From positions 55,365 through 87,364 of the forward strand of contig JBHLRO010000017.1 of NCBI GenBank assembly GCA_048882505.1: 32,000 nt of DNA. Reading direction: 5' to 3'. Below are positions 12,301 through 19,258 of the stretch, piece by piece; the first letter of the stretch is position 1; the number at the start of each line of letters is the position of its first letter. The position numbers and the translations under genes were made by a program. Source of the stretch: Candidatus Thorarchaeota archaeon (GTDB lineage: Archaea > Asgardarchaeota > Heimdallarchaeia > Hodarchaeales > Hodarchaeaceae). The notes under the pieces were generated by a model that saw only the letters and a list, made by a program, of their open reading frames with translations, was not told the origin of the DNA and did no database searches.

Positions 12301-13456
12301 TACCGCTGAATCTAGCGTTGGAGTCAGGTCAATTAAAAGTTTTAATTACACCTTGGTTGACGGAGTAGCTCCTCGTGTTTCGAACCAAGGTCTTGGAGTG
12401 AGATTTGTTAAGAATGGTAACAATCCTAGCCAATTATCTTTCTATGCGGATATTGAAGAATATGGGTCGGGAGTAGCCAACATCACTTTACACTATTACT
12501 ATAATGCCACCAACCAAGCAAACAATGGTGGTCAAGGCTCTAGCCTGTCACAAGAATATCCAGCTATTATGATGGGCTATAACGGAACCGAGAACAACGT
12601 TTTAATTTACGCAGTAACGGTTCCATTCCCTCAGGATGGACTCAATTATGAGGTTCTCTATTGGGTATCCACGCAGGATTTGAATGGGAATTTCAATCCA
12701 GTTGCATTTGATATCAATGAATTTCCAGATCGAATAAAAAACGAAGAAATTGTTCGACCGCTAGGCGGACTCCCAGAATGGGTTTTACTTGTAGCAGCGA
12801 TGGCCATAGTTCTTATTTTCATGGGATCAGTGACTTACATTAGATTCTTTAGAAAACCTGAACTGATAGGGCTAGACAAGGAACTTGTATTAAAAAATGT
12901 TGTTAAACAATCGGATACTGTTATCTCTGAGAGCCTGGATCATCACTCGCTGGGTATAGTGGTATCCTTTTTTTCACAACACCATGGACCCATACCAATT
13001 ATTGTTTTACCTGAAATATTAAGAGATAATTTTGGCAAACTAATCGAAATCTCGGATCGTGCTTTTGGAAACTGTGGATTTACAAACAATTTCGAAAAAG
13101 AAACAATGGCTAGCTTTGACTTCGATTTAACGCAGGAAAAGCAAATACGTTCATTGTCATTCGGTTATTCGTTGAACCGTCCGAAGGCCCGAGGAGGTCA
13201 AGAGAACATTACTTTAAGTATATTGCTTAATGAAGATATTTATGCCATCCTCAACCATTTCCAAGATGAAATCCTTGTTAAAGTTCATTTGGTTCATAAA
13301 ATGATGGATGAGAGACCAGAAGCAAAAGAGGAAATCCGTAAGTCGCTGAATAGTATTCGTAGGTATGTTTCTTCTATTATATTAGCACACCAAGAAATAT
13401 ATGGTGATCAGCCTGCTGTGATGGAAATGCTGGATATTTTGGGATTTGGCGAGTAA
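3314..13456 (+). CDS. Giant (3380 aa) single-pass cell-surface glycoprotein/adhesin-receptor with cadherin-like repeats and a cytoplasmic longin/uDENN-like domain
   Basis: N-terminal basic plus hydrophobic signal peptide, abundant N-x-S/T sequons, internal repeats, a TM helix WVLLVAAMAIVLIFMGSVTYI (12779-12841) followed by RFFRK, and a 204-aa cytoplasmic tail. Confidence 0.9.
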   Translation: MIRNAVKLSLCIIFLSIFIIQTLSSGFDLAENESPVLKPVQVSALRGDIPVEINAFTKRIKANSKVQKSEGSIQSDSGDSNPFSPIHSKVAGTGTFIEDYIDNHNSDVDSLADSGNLTDFDNMKDTDSVFANLSETTDLISGSFGHGVGVGNEAATADNGLYYVYEGDGTPTTFYIDGVVDSIFIDIAQNFGGVLDFYLGTISGSTFSFHQYNPIASVDVSGKGTGWMEFTAPADFTAFNVNQGDVLAFYSAMEDAYIGRSTSGSYLQYGYTTVNDPFSTPQPITMGSVARRIEISVPVTGSSSDYHLDQEVQFENVYNSSLIDEELRIKTGVFSTGSENLNVSYWDGNSWQLITSSLTASSWNNFTLSDISVTEPYFTIKFGGAQTTADSIQDWWMIDAVLVYVEQHIATTIEDYIDIQSDMDSSPDLGSHDTFADLLTTDSVYNNISESEPAPYINSTLIDTESFEGSWPPFGWTESGFTNWNKENNAAYDGVYSADFDGADPGQSGYLYTPVLDASDAVAIYLEFWWRDTALDFNEFILELYNGTNWISYQDMNSLPHAENTWIFYSEQITDSQYFVSTFQIRWRANDVESFETAYLDFVTVTKKINNPLSGYQLDLEVQFTGVYDSPIMIEELSIKTGTFGGTEDLNVTYWDGSSWQLITSSLTASTWNNFTISLTSPTFTIKFGGSTTSSDNTQNWWEIDSVLLKVESPEDTLGKDSGFIWLDAPDEIDLGTSYSSWVQQDISDDSVPSSATGVILAWVSDSLVDNHAVARGSQDTNDYMNGGSIYSEFEDETWRMQVVKLSGHRYIDTWRESATERLYVMGYTVGSDPRFRRVAADLGGLTADSSWNSVTVTDVDENTTGVIILGQSTSSIDSTILVRAVGSTDSMIAREWQEFNMGVFFVEIDGNDQFDYYITEGTSANFYLIAEAKDSIDWLSTNRIDISATATGWTVRDLDSYTASIPLDTSGVILQHESIGTGGSDYRNIARAYGQTWTLPDYDVGGDTWMMAGSGIDSQNRIQIYAEFLEQDVYIHALTRFSDRSSPVVENFGVDDPGTGTATFWADLTDQSGVNTVTITVNGTDYQMSYNGSFWIKDLTVKWQKVYSYQITNASDIFGNFLTAPSGTQDYSFDYDSTVPIVIDWEYYQGADGTWDDQNNTFIANVSDSWGEIDTVIFEVTTHSLTAAMVQYFNFSGILAFRNNSLDLPNGGINFRIIVNDTSGNGVTSSTHSGSVFYNHPPFAYDLTLTSAPYYSNSTLNLAYTYWDEDSHPQSGTEIRWYKNGLLQGEHNNSLVIGAVYLFDGDEWNATVRPKDGTLFGQLNYSSTITVSNTPPTFSNLNILPINPVTTSTLLVDYDYFDYDGNNENFTLRQIEWYKVGTGHLVAFDDQASISSINTVKGEEYYARVRVSDGRAYSVWMISSTIIIGNSHPSAVNLSLPINPTNVTDLTATWDMQDDDTSDVENKSAAIIYWYKNGVLQSSWTNSTAIGSGNTSKGQIWWFEIRIFDGEEYSAITELTPHIEILNSIPTVGNVIITTSSPVTTDDLAIGTWSYSDEDNDTEDTPIIHWYLDGNLQSTYDGYTSLPSIATAKGDNWHFGIRTYDGSAYSFQVNSSPVLILNTAPEVGSPAITLAPTTTEDLIASWTYNDNDTDGLTFDVAWYLNGVFNSSWSVTANNAILNAGNTSKNQMWYFTVQAYDGEEFSILLSLEFNVTILNSLPTVSNPTFNNTSPATNDDFNITYTYLDDDGDAEITSELIVYWYVDWVYQSQYENFTAISNQDTQTDEVWYYVLRVFDGFSYSNNYTSLTGIIIGGGINSKPIAENLTLTPSMPVTSDDLTASYDYFDPESNEQIAFEIIWYLDNAAQPQYQTLTVPASATTKGDQWNFTIRVFDGLQWSDLNSSAVYVIGNTAPQVSGLSAAPNPTTTDDLVVSWISVDEDLDSLTFNVTWILNGVINSSWWTPDHFATLMAGNTTKGDNWNVTVEAYDGDNGYSPIITLASNITILNTIPEAENLTLTLGPRTGDDLTATWDYSDIDGDTQNTSATIIYWYKNGDLQSLLTNLTTVGYGNTSKGQVWWFKVKVYDDEDYSVLYELLPHIEIQNTAPVNVSALPVPTNPTKENGITLSLSSILSSFYDADGGDNIEVVEIRWYKGGIPQVNLNDSLTVAGSKLTKGENWSYTVIVSDGFESGTFVTSPEFEIVNSVPTILTAYIAETNVRTIHNLTAGYLYDDADGESVSVSEIRWYRSTDFINYFLMATYDGNLSLPNTATTKNERWKFNITITDGFNESVWKLSDYIEIENSVPWIDPYSIALIGGRTTSDSILVTYAWYDDDGDTQSGTTFAWENSTHILLLDNTLESIYTRAGESWSVSITPGDGTSLGQVVNSKFYGVNIIIGNTPPEIPNNEIKIQGNDPNNGSYTDGIAFGTNSDLVVRYNVTDIDGTQGVVLYDVFMVGGYALGSDYRWFRNRSGIVTLIVALTGMTTVPAAHTVRGDLWWVEVKPQDLQGDFGTAVNSTKIGIANTAPYLTSVSWEQSSFYTSDDLLFTYNFGDHDQSDIEQGSIIEWYRDGVNQTGFFNFVSIPSQNTTKTEEWFARIKVYDGNLFSAWYYLPNITIANTAPVISNIILIPLSATADQDLVVSWNYTDADNDSQQVPRIRWYKNDVLQSNLNNLDTIDSGNLSKNDFWYVIIEVYDGNAYSAQLASSSINILNSPPILTNVVLWNNNDRSNTTFSDGSISIYYFNYTDVDNDLIDPAGIYIQWYRDGIYQSLYDNQTTLSSVILQKGYTWSAIIQIVDIDGTIWSNNLTSQSISVINKAPDILEFSYVGNEYSGFVVEDEGINISLATIDVDIGDDDFSFIHWYINGVYQSQYDNIMQIEPNHTSPGEIWTAIVTPSDGIDNGTSRNLVILIESRPKIEDFDIEIEQDIDGHFTFSLRVNDSRNEVLTVVYQITLNGTELDVTDILTSANGTGHWIFDYYLSDIIYYDTDAVIKVTAESSVGVRSIKSFNYTLVDGVAPRVSNQGLGVRFVKNGNNPSQLSFYADIEEYGSGVANITLHYYYNATNQANNGGQGSSLSQEYPAIMMGYNGTENNVLIYAVTVPFPQDGLNYEVLYWVSTQDLNGNFNPVAFDINEFPDRIKNEEIVRPLGGLPEWVLLVAAMAIVLIFMGSVTYIRFFRKPELIGLDKELVLKNVVKQSDTVISESLDHHSLGIVVSFFSQHHGPIPIIVLPEILRDNFGKLIEISDRAFGNCGFTNNFEKETMASFDFDLTQEKQIRSLSFGYSLNRPKARGGQENITLSILLNEDIYAILNHFQDEILVKVHLVHKMMDERPEAKEEIRKSLNSIRRYVSSIILAHQEIYGDQPAVMEMLDILGFGE
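3602..5450 (+). repeat. Two copies of a split beta-rich host domain, each interrupted by a different ~160-aa inserted domain
   Basis: IEDYID...SD(V/M)DS..D.G.....TDSV at 3602 and 4550. Y.LD.EVQF...EEL.IKTG.F...E.LNV.YWDG.SWQLITSSLTAS.WNNFT...FTIKFGG...WW.ID.VL at about 4226 and 5156. The shared WQLITSSLTAS block is also clearly similar at DNA level. Confidence 0.85.
5537..6431 (+). repeat. Three ~100-aa degenerate repeats (W..D....P..TGVIL...R..G)
   Basis: WVQQDISDDSVPSSATGVIL, WNSVTVTDVDENTTGVIIL and WTVRDLDSYTASIPLDTSGVIL, each followed by (A/V)R..G(S/Q) and a D.N..I.Y-like strand. Confidence 0.65.
7031..12058 (+). repeat. 17 tandem ~99-aa cadherin-like/Ig-like beta-sandwich repeats
   Basis: Counted by eye. 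Consensus N.xP...P.T.DDL...Y.Y.DxDxD....I.WY.NG..Q......T.KG..W...V.V.DG..YS....I.I.N. Confidence 0.85.
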
Positions 13457-13625
13457 GTTCCCAATATTGTAAACCTTACTTGGAATACGGTGTTTGTGGT
13501 ATTCAAATCTAAGAATCGCACATTTTTGGCAATTCTGAGGATTTGAAACTGATTTCTCAGGTGGCCAGGGTTCTAGGTTTGAAGTTTCGCCGCCATATCC
13601 TGAACTTGTTCAACAGCAAGATGAT

Positions 13626-14483
13626 TCAGAAACCTAGAACCAAACCCAAGCTCATCATTATATAAACCGCAACCATCGCCAGAACACCTGCTTGCTCCAT
13701 TCTGACAAAAAAATGCACAGAAACACCACGAGCTGCCAGAACAATTACCCAGAGCTGGAGAATTATTACTAGTGTCAAGGATACCACTGGTTGATCGGGT
13801 ACGATGATACCTGTCACGACTGCTAGTGGAAAAGCGATTAAAGGAAGGAGAGCTATTCCCATATTGACAAACAGGGCAGCAAGATCTGTAGCCAATCTAA
13901 TTTTCCTTTTCAGGTAGTATTTTGCTAATATAATACCTAGAACTGTAAAAAGAACCCAAGAAAGACAAACAGAAGCTGAAGAAAGGGCAAGATCCTGTCC
14001 TGGCCAATCAATGAAGAATACAAAGAACAACACCAAATGCGCCTGTGCGGTAATCCAAGAAAAAACAAAGAGAAAAAGCAATTCCCATCCTAGAAAGAGC
14101 AAGAATGATTTTCTAGCAAGAAAGAAAACTTGGGGTGGTGCCAGTATTTGCAAAACAATCGAATAGAGAGGAAGTCGATAGGATTCCTCTTCCTTTATGA
14201 ACTGTGATTTATCTTGCGAGGAGGTTAGAAGTTGAACAGCAAATTTACCTTTAGCGGAAAGAGCCCAGGTACCGCCTCCACTGATTACTAAATTACCGAG
14301 TAGTTTCATGTGGTGATAGATTGAACCTACCCTAACGGGAGAATTATTTCGATCCAGATTCAATTGGTTTTGAAGATCGGTAAAGCCTATATTTGGTTGA
14401 GTGGATAGAACCAGAAGAATTTGCTGACGCAAAGGATGCGCAAGGGCCTTGAAAACACCCGTCATGTCCTGGTCCGACCGCAT
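13626..14483 (-). CDS. Membrane-anchored ArsR-like winged-helix transcription regulator (N-terminal wHTH plus about 5-6 TM helices)
   Basis: FKALAHPLRQQILLVL...FTDLQNQL...GSIYHHMKLLGNLV...WALSAKG, followed by several long hydrophobic segments. Confidence 0.8.
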   Translation of the reverse strand: MRSDQDMTGVFKALAHPLRQQILLVLSTQPNIGFTDLQNQLNLDRNNSPVRVGSIYHHMKLLGNLVISGGGTWALSAKGKFAVQLLTSSQDKSQFIKEEESYRLPLYSIVLQILAPPQVFFLARKSFLLFLGWELLFLFVFSWITAQAHLVLFFVFFIDWPGQDLALSSASVCLSWVLFTVLGIILAKYYLKRKIRLATDLAALFVNMGIALLPLIAFPLAVVTGIIVPDQPVVSLTLVIILQLWVIVLAARGVSVHFFVRMEQAGVLAMVAVYIMMSLGLVLGF

Positions 14484-14655
14484 CAGTATCCTTCTCCGTT
14501 AGCTAATCCTTGGACCTTAAAAGTCTAACATAATGGGGGGGTGATCCGGGGGCTTATCCATATTAAATTGCCCCTAAAACGAAGGTGTGAGTGACAAAAA
14601 TTCAAATACATTACCTAACAATAAATAATTCCGAGTTTAAGAATTTAGAATATAG

Positions 14656-14666
14656 AAAAAAAAAAA
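14656..14666 (-). terminator. Oligo-T (T11 on the minus strand) archaeal-type terminator after the S-layer-like gene
   Basis: A11 run on the plus strand, starting 27 bp past the stop codon at 14693. Confidence 0.55.
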
Positions 14667-14692
14667 GGGTGGAGGGAAAGCGTTGTAATGAA

Positions 14693-17600
14693 CTAGTTCC
14701 GTCGACGGCGCTCTCTGGCCACCAAGGCGAGCACGGGCACGGCTAACAAGACAATCATGACCCTTATATTCTCACGTATAAAGGCTGTCAAGGTCGATAG
14801 CGGTGCACCGCCTGTAGTGGTCGTTGTCGGTGGGCCTTCAGGGGTTGTTGTCGTTTCCCCAGGTATCGTCGCAGCGTATGCAGAAAGAAGTTGACTTCCC
14901 GAGAAAGATGTCCAACTGGAACCACTTGATCCGGTTTGCTGGATCCTCAGCCGTGGGATACCTGTGGTTGATGGATTGAGGGCTACCGAGTACCTGGTCA
15001 GATCTGATGACGCAGAGATGCTTGCATCTGCCTCCTCGCTAGCTTCCATACCCGAGGTGCCTTCCATGGGATAACGACTGTCATATTCCACTTGTACAGG
15101 GGGAACAATAAGCGAGCTCGCGTTATTTACCTTGAGACGGTAGTAGAATATTATTGTTTCACCTGGAGCTAAATGGATGCCAGCTATTCCAACAACGCTT
15201 ATGGGAAACTGAGGATGAGCCATAGCGAATCCCTGATCATAACCTATGATTGTATTCCCAGAGTTATCAGTGACTTTGGTATTCGACGGTGTGATCCCTA
15301 TGGTGTATGGAAAACTAAGGTCTACTGCAGCCATTCGAGAGGGGAAATAACTAAGGATTTTAAGGGTAGTGGCCTCGTCTCCGGCATTAGTCACTTTAGT
15401 TCTAATTTCAATGAAATCGCCATCCTCAATGTCTTCTCCATTGAGGTCAGTCCAATCGCCCGTGACGTCAACCAAAGGGGAAGGATAGCTAGGTTCATCT
15501 TTACCTGCCTTGGCGTCTCCGGGAACCACAAGCGCAAGAATTAGATTGGAAGCAAGGTTACTAATATCAGTTGCATTGAATGCCATGTCGTATCCTTCAT
15601 TGGCATCTGTGGTGTAATTGAGCATGGCAGCCACAGGATGAATCCCCAGAAACGTATTAACTTCTCTGTAGAACGTGTGAGTAACTTTTCCACCTGGATT
15701 AAGATCACTCAAAGCAGTGGCATTTGAGAATGGCAGGATATCTGTCGGTTCCCAATTCGGACCAAGTTGTGCGTGAAGACCCAAGATTGAGAGGCCTGAT
15801 GCGGGGGCATCCCCGATGTTCTCAACTGTCACATTTATCTCTGCAATTTCTCCAATCTTGTACACTGAGGAATTTAATGCCACGTTAGTCTTCAGAATGG
15901 CTTCATCATCGTACACCTGGATGATTAGCCCGTTCGACCAGCCATAATATTCTCGATCTGCTCCATCAGCATAACGGAAAAATACACCTGGGATAAACTC
16001 AGTATTAATGGGGGGAAAACGAAGATCCGAGCCATTGTTTAGGGCAAGATTGATTATTAGATCTTGGAGATTGGTCGTACCATTAAATCGGGCACTTGAG
16101 TTGTCAACCAAAGTGATATTCAATTGAAAGTAGTTATCTGTTCCATTGGTTAACCAGCTTCCTTCAGTTGAATTAACATCAACCCAGATGAGTTTATCAC
16201 TTTTACTGGGAAGATTCTCGATTGCCCACCAAAATTCATTGTAAGATCCAACGGGAAGGGTATCAATGGTCCCATTTAATGCGAAATTGCCGTTTGGTAA
16301 GATCATTGTATTCATATTGGTCGATTTACTGAAAGTGAAGTAAGAACGTTCAACGTATACCTGGAGAAGGGTTTCTATAACTTTAATGTCATAAAGGTCT
16401 GTAACACTATTGTATTGAGTGATAGGTTGTACAACAGAGTCGTTGAGGTACCTAAACCAACCGATTAGCTTATAGCTATTGTTTTGAGTGGTATTGTCAG
16501 TGTACACAAGGGAGTCTACGAGGGTACCATCAGAAGCGTTATAGTATTTCACAAGGTTCGGATCCCATTTAAATCGGGTATCATCAAATACTGTTACGTT
16601 TTCCGGAAGAGGTTGATCACCAAGATCCCAGACAAATGTTGTATTATACGCTGGTTCTGTACCCGTATTTGCCATCTTTATGGTATAGTTAAGGGTGGGC
16701 GATGCCGCATGCAATGCAGCTACATCGACTGAAAGATCCGCAGATATTTGAGGAAATATTTTGAGCTGGTCGATTTGCATATCGTAGGTGACATACATTT
16801 CATCGTACTGGACCGCGAATGGGCCAAACTTCATGCCCCATTCAAACCTTCCAGTTAATTCGGGGTATAGATTGGTTGTAGCAGGTGAATAGTCATAGAC
16901 ATTGGCAACATACGGCAGAGTAAAATGGATAGTACTAATAAAAGCATCTGGAGATGGTTGGATAATCCCCGTATAGCCAAATGCATTCCTAATCGACATA
17001 TTGTGAATCCCGCTGGGATCCACCGAAATGCCGTTTTCTAGAATGAACGCTGAAACAGTTAACGGTACCCAATGTCGAGTTTGATTGCGTATCAAACCTG
17101 TACCGACCACCGAAACAGGAGCATCTGCTATGGTGTCCGCTTTGATAAAACTGGTAAAACCACCCTGATCAAACAAATCGTAGAACTCATTCCTAATGAA
17201 ATCGGAATGATCCTGTTCCGACATATACCCCCAATAAAACAGGGTTGTTTCTCCACCGATTTCAGATCCATACAGGAGGTCGATGGGCACGCCCGACCAA
17301 GCTGACAGCTGAGTAGCTATAGCATTTCCATCGCTCATGGCTGGCTCAAGTAATTGGGAGAAATGCATAACCAATGTTATCCCGTCTCTAAATTCCCACA
17401 GAGACCTGGGCCAATAGTGCCGCCATAAGTTTTGATTTGACGATACGATGTACAGAAACTCTAGCTGATCAAACTCCGTTGTAAATGGGTCCAATGGGAA
17501 TAACTTCTGGCCACCAATCTGGTGATATTGGGCGATCATTGCTGATCCATTTGCAGCGAGCAATTCTAGACCTTCGATGAACGGATTCTCACCCACTAAG

Positions 17601-17728
17601 GTATCAGTGAGAATTCGTTTTGGCACTTGCATGTCTGCCTGCGTAAGACTCGTGGGAGTCAGCATCAGAACCAAAAGTGCCGCACTAACAGCATAAAGCT
17701 GAATTTTTCTGGTTTTCATTACACTCAC
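14693..17728 (-). CDS. Secreted S-layer-like surface glycoprotein with CARDB/DUF11-type Ig domains, Thr-rich linker and C-terminal TM anchor with basic tail
   Basis: Signal peptide MKTRKIQLYAVSAALLVLMLTPTSLTQA (ATG at 17719 may be the true start). Three Ig-like starts: LNYTIKMANTGTEPA, INVTVENIGDAPA, IRTKVTNAGDEA. C-terminus TTTTPEGPPTTTTTGG, then IRVMIVLLAVPVLALVA, then RERRRRN. Confidence 0.75.
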   Translation of the reverse strand: MSVMKTRKIQLYAVSAALLVLMLTPTSLTQADMQVPKRILTDTLVGENPFIEGLELLAANGSAMIAQYHQIGGQKLFPLDPFTTEFDQLEFLYIVSSNQNLWRHYWPRSLWEFRDGITLVMHFSQLLEPAMSDGNAIATQLSAWSGVPIDLLYGSEIGGETTLFYWGYMSEQDHSDFIRNEFYDLFDQGGFTSFIKADTIADAPVSVVGTGLIRNQTRHWVPLTVSAFILENGISVDPSGIHNMSIRNAFGYTGIIQPSPDAFISTIHFTLPYVANVYDYSPATTNLYPELTGRFEWGMKFGPFAVQYDEMYVTYDMQIDQLKIFPQISADLSVDVAALHAASPTLNYTIKMANTGTEPAYNTTFVWDLGDQPLPENVTVFDDTRFKWDPNLVKYYNASDGTLVDSLVYTDNTTQNNSYKLIGWFRYLNDSVVQPITQYNSVTDLYDIKVIETLLQVYVERSYFTFSKSTNMNTMILPNGNFALNGTIDTLPVGSYNEFWWAIENLPSKSDKLIWVDVNSTEGSWLTNGTDNYFQLNITLVDNSSARFNGTTNLQDLIINLALNNGSDLRFPPINTEFIPGVFFRYADGADREYYGWSNGLIIQVYDDEAILKTNVALNSSVYKIGEIAEINVTVENIGDAPASGLSILGLHAQLGPNWEPTDILPFSNATALSDLNPGGKVTHTFYREVNTFLGIHPVAAMLNYTTDANEGYDMAFNATDISNLASNLILALVVPGDAKAGKDEPSYPSPLVDVTGDWTDLNGEDIEDGDFIEIRTKVTNAGDEATTLKILSYFPSRMAAVDLSFPYTIGITPSNTKVTDNSGNTIIGYDQGFAMAHPQFPISVVGIAGIHLAPGETIIFYYRLKVNNASSLIVPPVQVEYDSRYPMEGTSGMEASEEADASISASSDLTRYSVALNPSTTGIPRLRIQQTGSSGSSWTSFSGSQLLSAYAATIPGETTTTPEGPPTTTTTGGAPLSTLTAFIRENIRVMIVLLAVPVLALVARERRRRN

Positions 17729-17905
17729 ATATCTTGAAAGTGTCGGATGACAGTGGAAACGGCTTCATTCGAATTGAAAGCCGATTTCCTTTGCCAGTCT
17801 GCGAGTACACCAGAAGATCCTCCCGCTTTTTTAGGAAATCTTTAAACCAAGCTTGAAACTGAGCTTTCAAGGGATCTTGAATCTTTAGGTATTGCCTCAA
17901 TACGG

Positions 17906-19207
17906 GTGATTCCAGAATTGTCCCACCGATTAGATTATGCTATCAGCACCGTGTTCTTTCTGTTCCTCGTGATATTATTCACTGCCCAAGTATATACTCA
18001 ACCAATTGCTCAGTTCACATTAGGGCTCATTCTTGTTTTAATTCTGGTGGGATTTTTCATGTATATCTTTACACCGCCTATTGTGGACAGGGGAAGAGCG
18101 ACATTCTCAGGTATAAAGAAAATCGTGCCCCCAATTGGCGTTGGTCTCCTGTTCGCGATTTATCGTCTGATTTTTCCGGTAAGCGCAGATTTGATAGAAA
18201 CAATAATTCAGGTCATCACCGCATTGGTGTTAATCACGATGCCTACTCTCATCTATCTTGGTTTTCCACACACAACAGATCAAGGGCTTACAAAAATCGA
18301 TGTACTATTGGGATTATGGGCCTGGATGCCGATTGAGTTCGGATTTGTGGACGATATGATCGGTACAATTGAAAGCGGCGACATTCCATTTGAAACATTG
18401 TACCTGTTGTTTGCATTTGCGTATGCGTTGATTTTCGTACGAAATCACGACATGGGATTGGAGTACGCCACTATATCTCTAGAAGACTTCATTCTAGTAA
18501 TGAAAGTGACTGGCGTTGTCACCTTGGTCATCTTACCTCTAGGAATGCTAACCAATTTCTTGGCTCCGCCCAGTGTAATTTGGAATAATTTTCTCGCCTT
18601 GGTCGCTGATTTTCCTAGCTCCCTCCTCAATTCTATTCTTGTCTTTATCATGATATTTCTGGGGATTGCGTTAATTGAAGAAATCTTCTTCCGAGGGTTT
18701 ATTCATAATCTACTCGTCAAACGCTTCGAACCAACTTCGTCAATGAAATGGTGGTACATTGGGGTCGGTCTAATTGGTGCCTTGATAGTTATAACACCAT
18801 GGGTGGACGATTTACTAAGCTTTCTATCCCAAGCAGCTCCTGCAATCTTCACACCGATTGCAACTGTTGTCGGATCGCTAGCGCAACCGCTAGGAGCAAA
18901 AGAGGGACAAGCGTGGGCATTAGTTACTGGGATTCCATTAGAAATTCTCTATTTGGGAGTTGCAGTTCTCCTAGCTCTCTTTGGAATCACCATCATCTAT
19001 CAAACAAAAGATCCTTTCTTTGGTGCCTTGGTTATCAGTTCCATGCTTTTCGGGTGGGCTCATTTTGAAGACCTACGCTATATCTTTTTTGCAGCTATTG
19101 CGGGATTCGGTTATGGGTATACGTATCAGAAAACAAGAAAGATAGTTCCTGCCGCGCTAGTACATATGACGGTAGATGCGGTATGGAGTTTGATTCTTAC
19201 TTTCTAA
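17906..19207 (+). CDS. CPBP (CAAX protease/Abi) family intramembrane glutamic endopeptidase
   Basis: Polytopic membrane protein with EEIFFRG (EExxxR, 18677), FGWAH (FxxxH, 19049) and HMTVD (HxxxD, 19163). GTG start. Confidence 0.85.
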   Translation: MIPELSHRLDYAISTVFFLFLVILFTAQVYTQPIAQFTLGLILVLILVGFFMYIFTPPIVDRGRATFSGIKKIVPPIGVGLLFAIYRLIFPVSADLIETIIQVITALVLITMPTLIYLGFPHTTDQGLTKIDVLLGLWAWMPIEFGFVDDMIGTIESGDIPFETLYLLFAFAYALIFVRNHDMGLEYATISLEDFILVMKVTGVVTLVILPLGMLTNFLAPPSVIWNNFLALVADFPSSLLNSILVFIMIFLGIALIEEIFFRGFIHNLLVKRFEPTSSMKWWYIGVGLIGALIVITPWVDDLLSFLSQAAPAIFTPIATVVGSLAQPLGAKEGQAWALVTGIPLEILYLGVAVLLALFGITIIYQTKDPFFGALVISSMLFGWAHFEDLRYIFFAAIAGFGYGYTYQKTRKIVPAALVHMTVDAVWSLILTF

Positions 19208-19258
19208 GAGACATGTACCATGCTTCCTCTATTTTTTCAAATCAAATTACTCTAGTCT

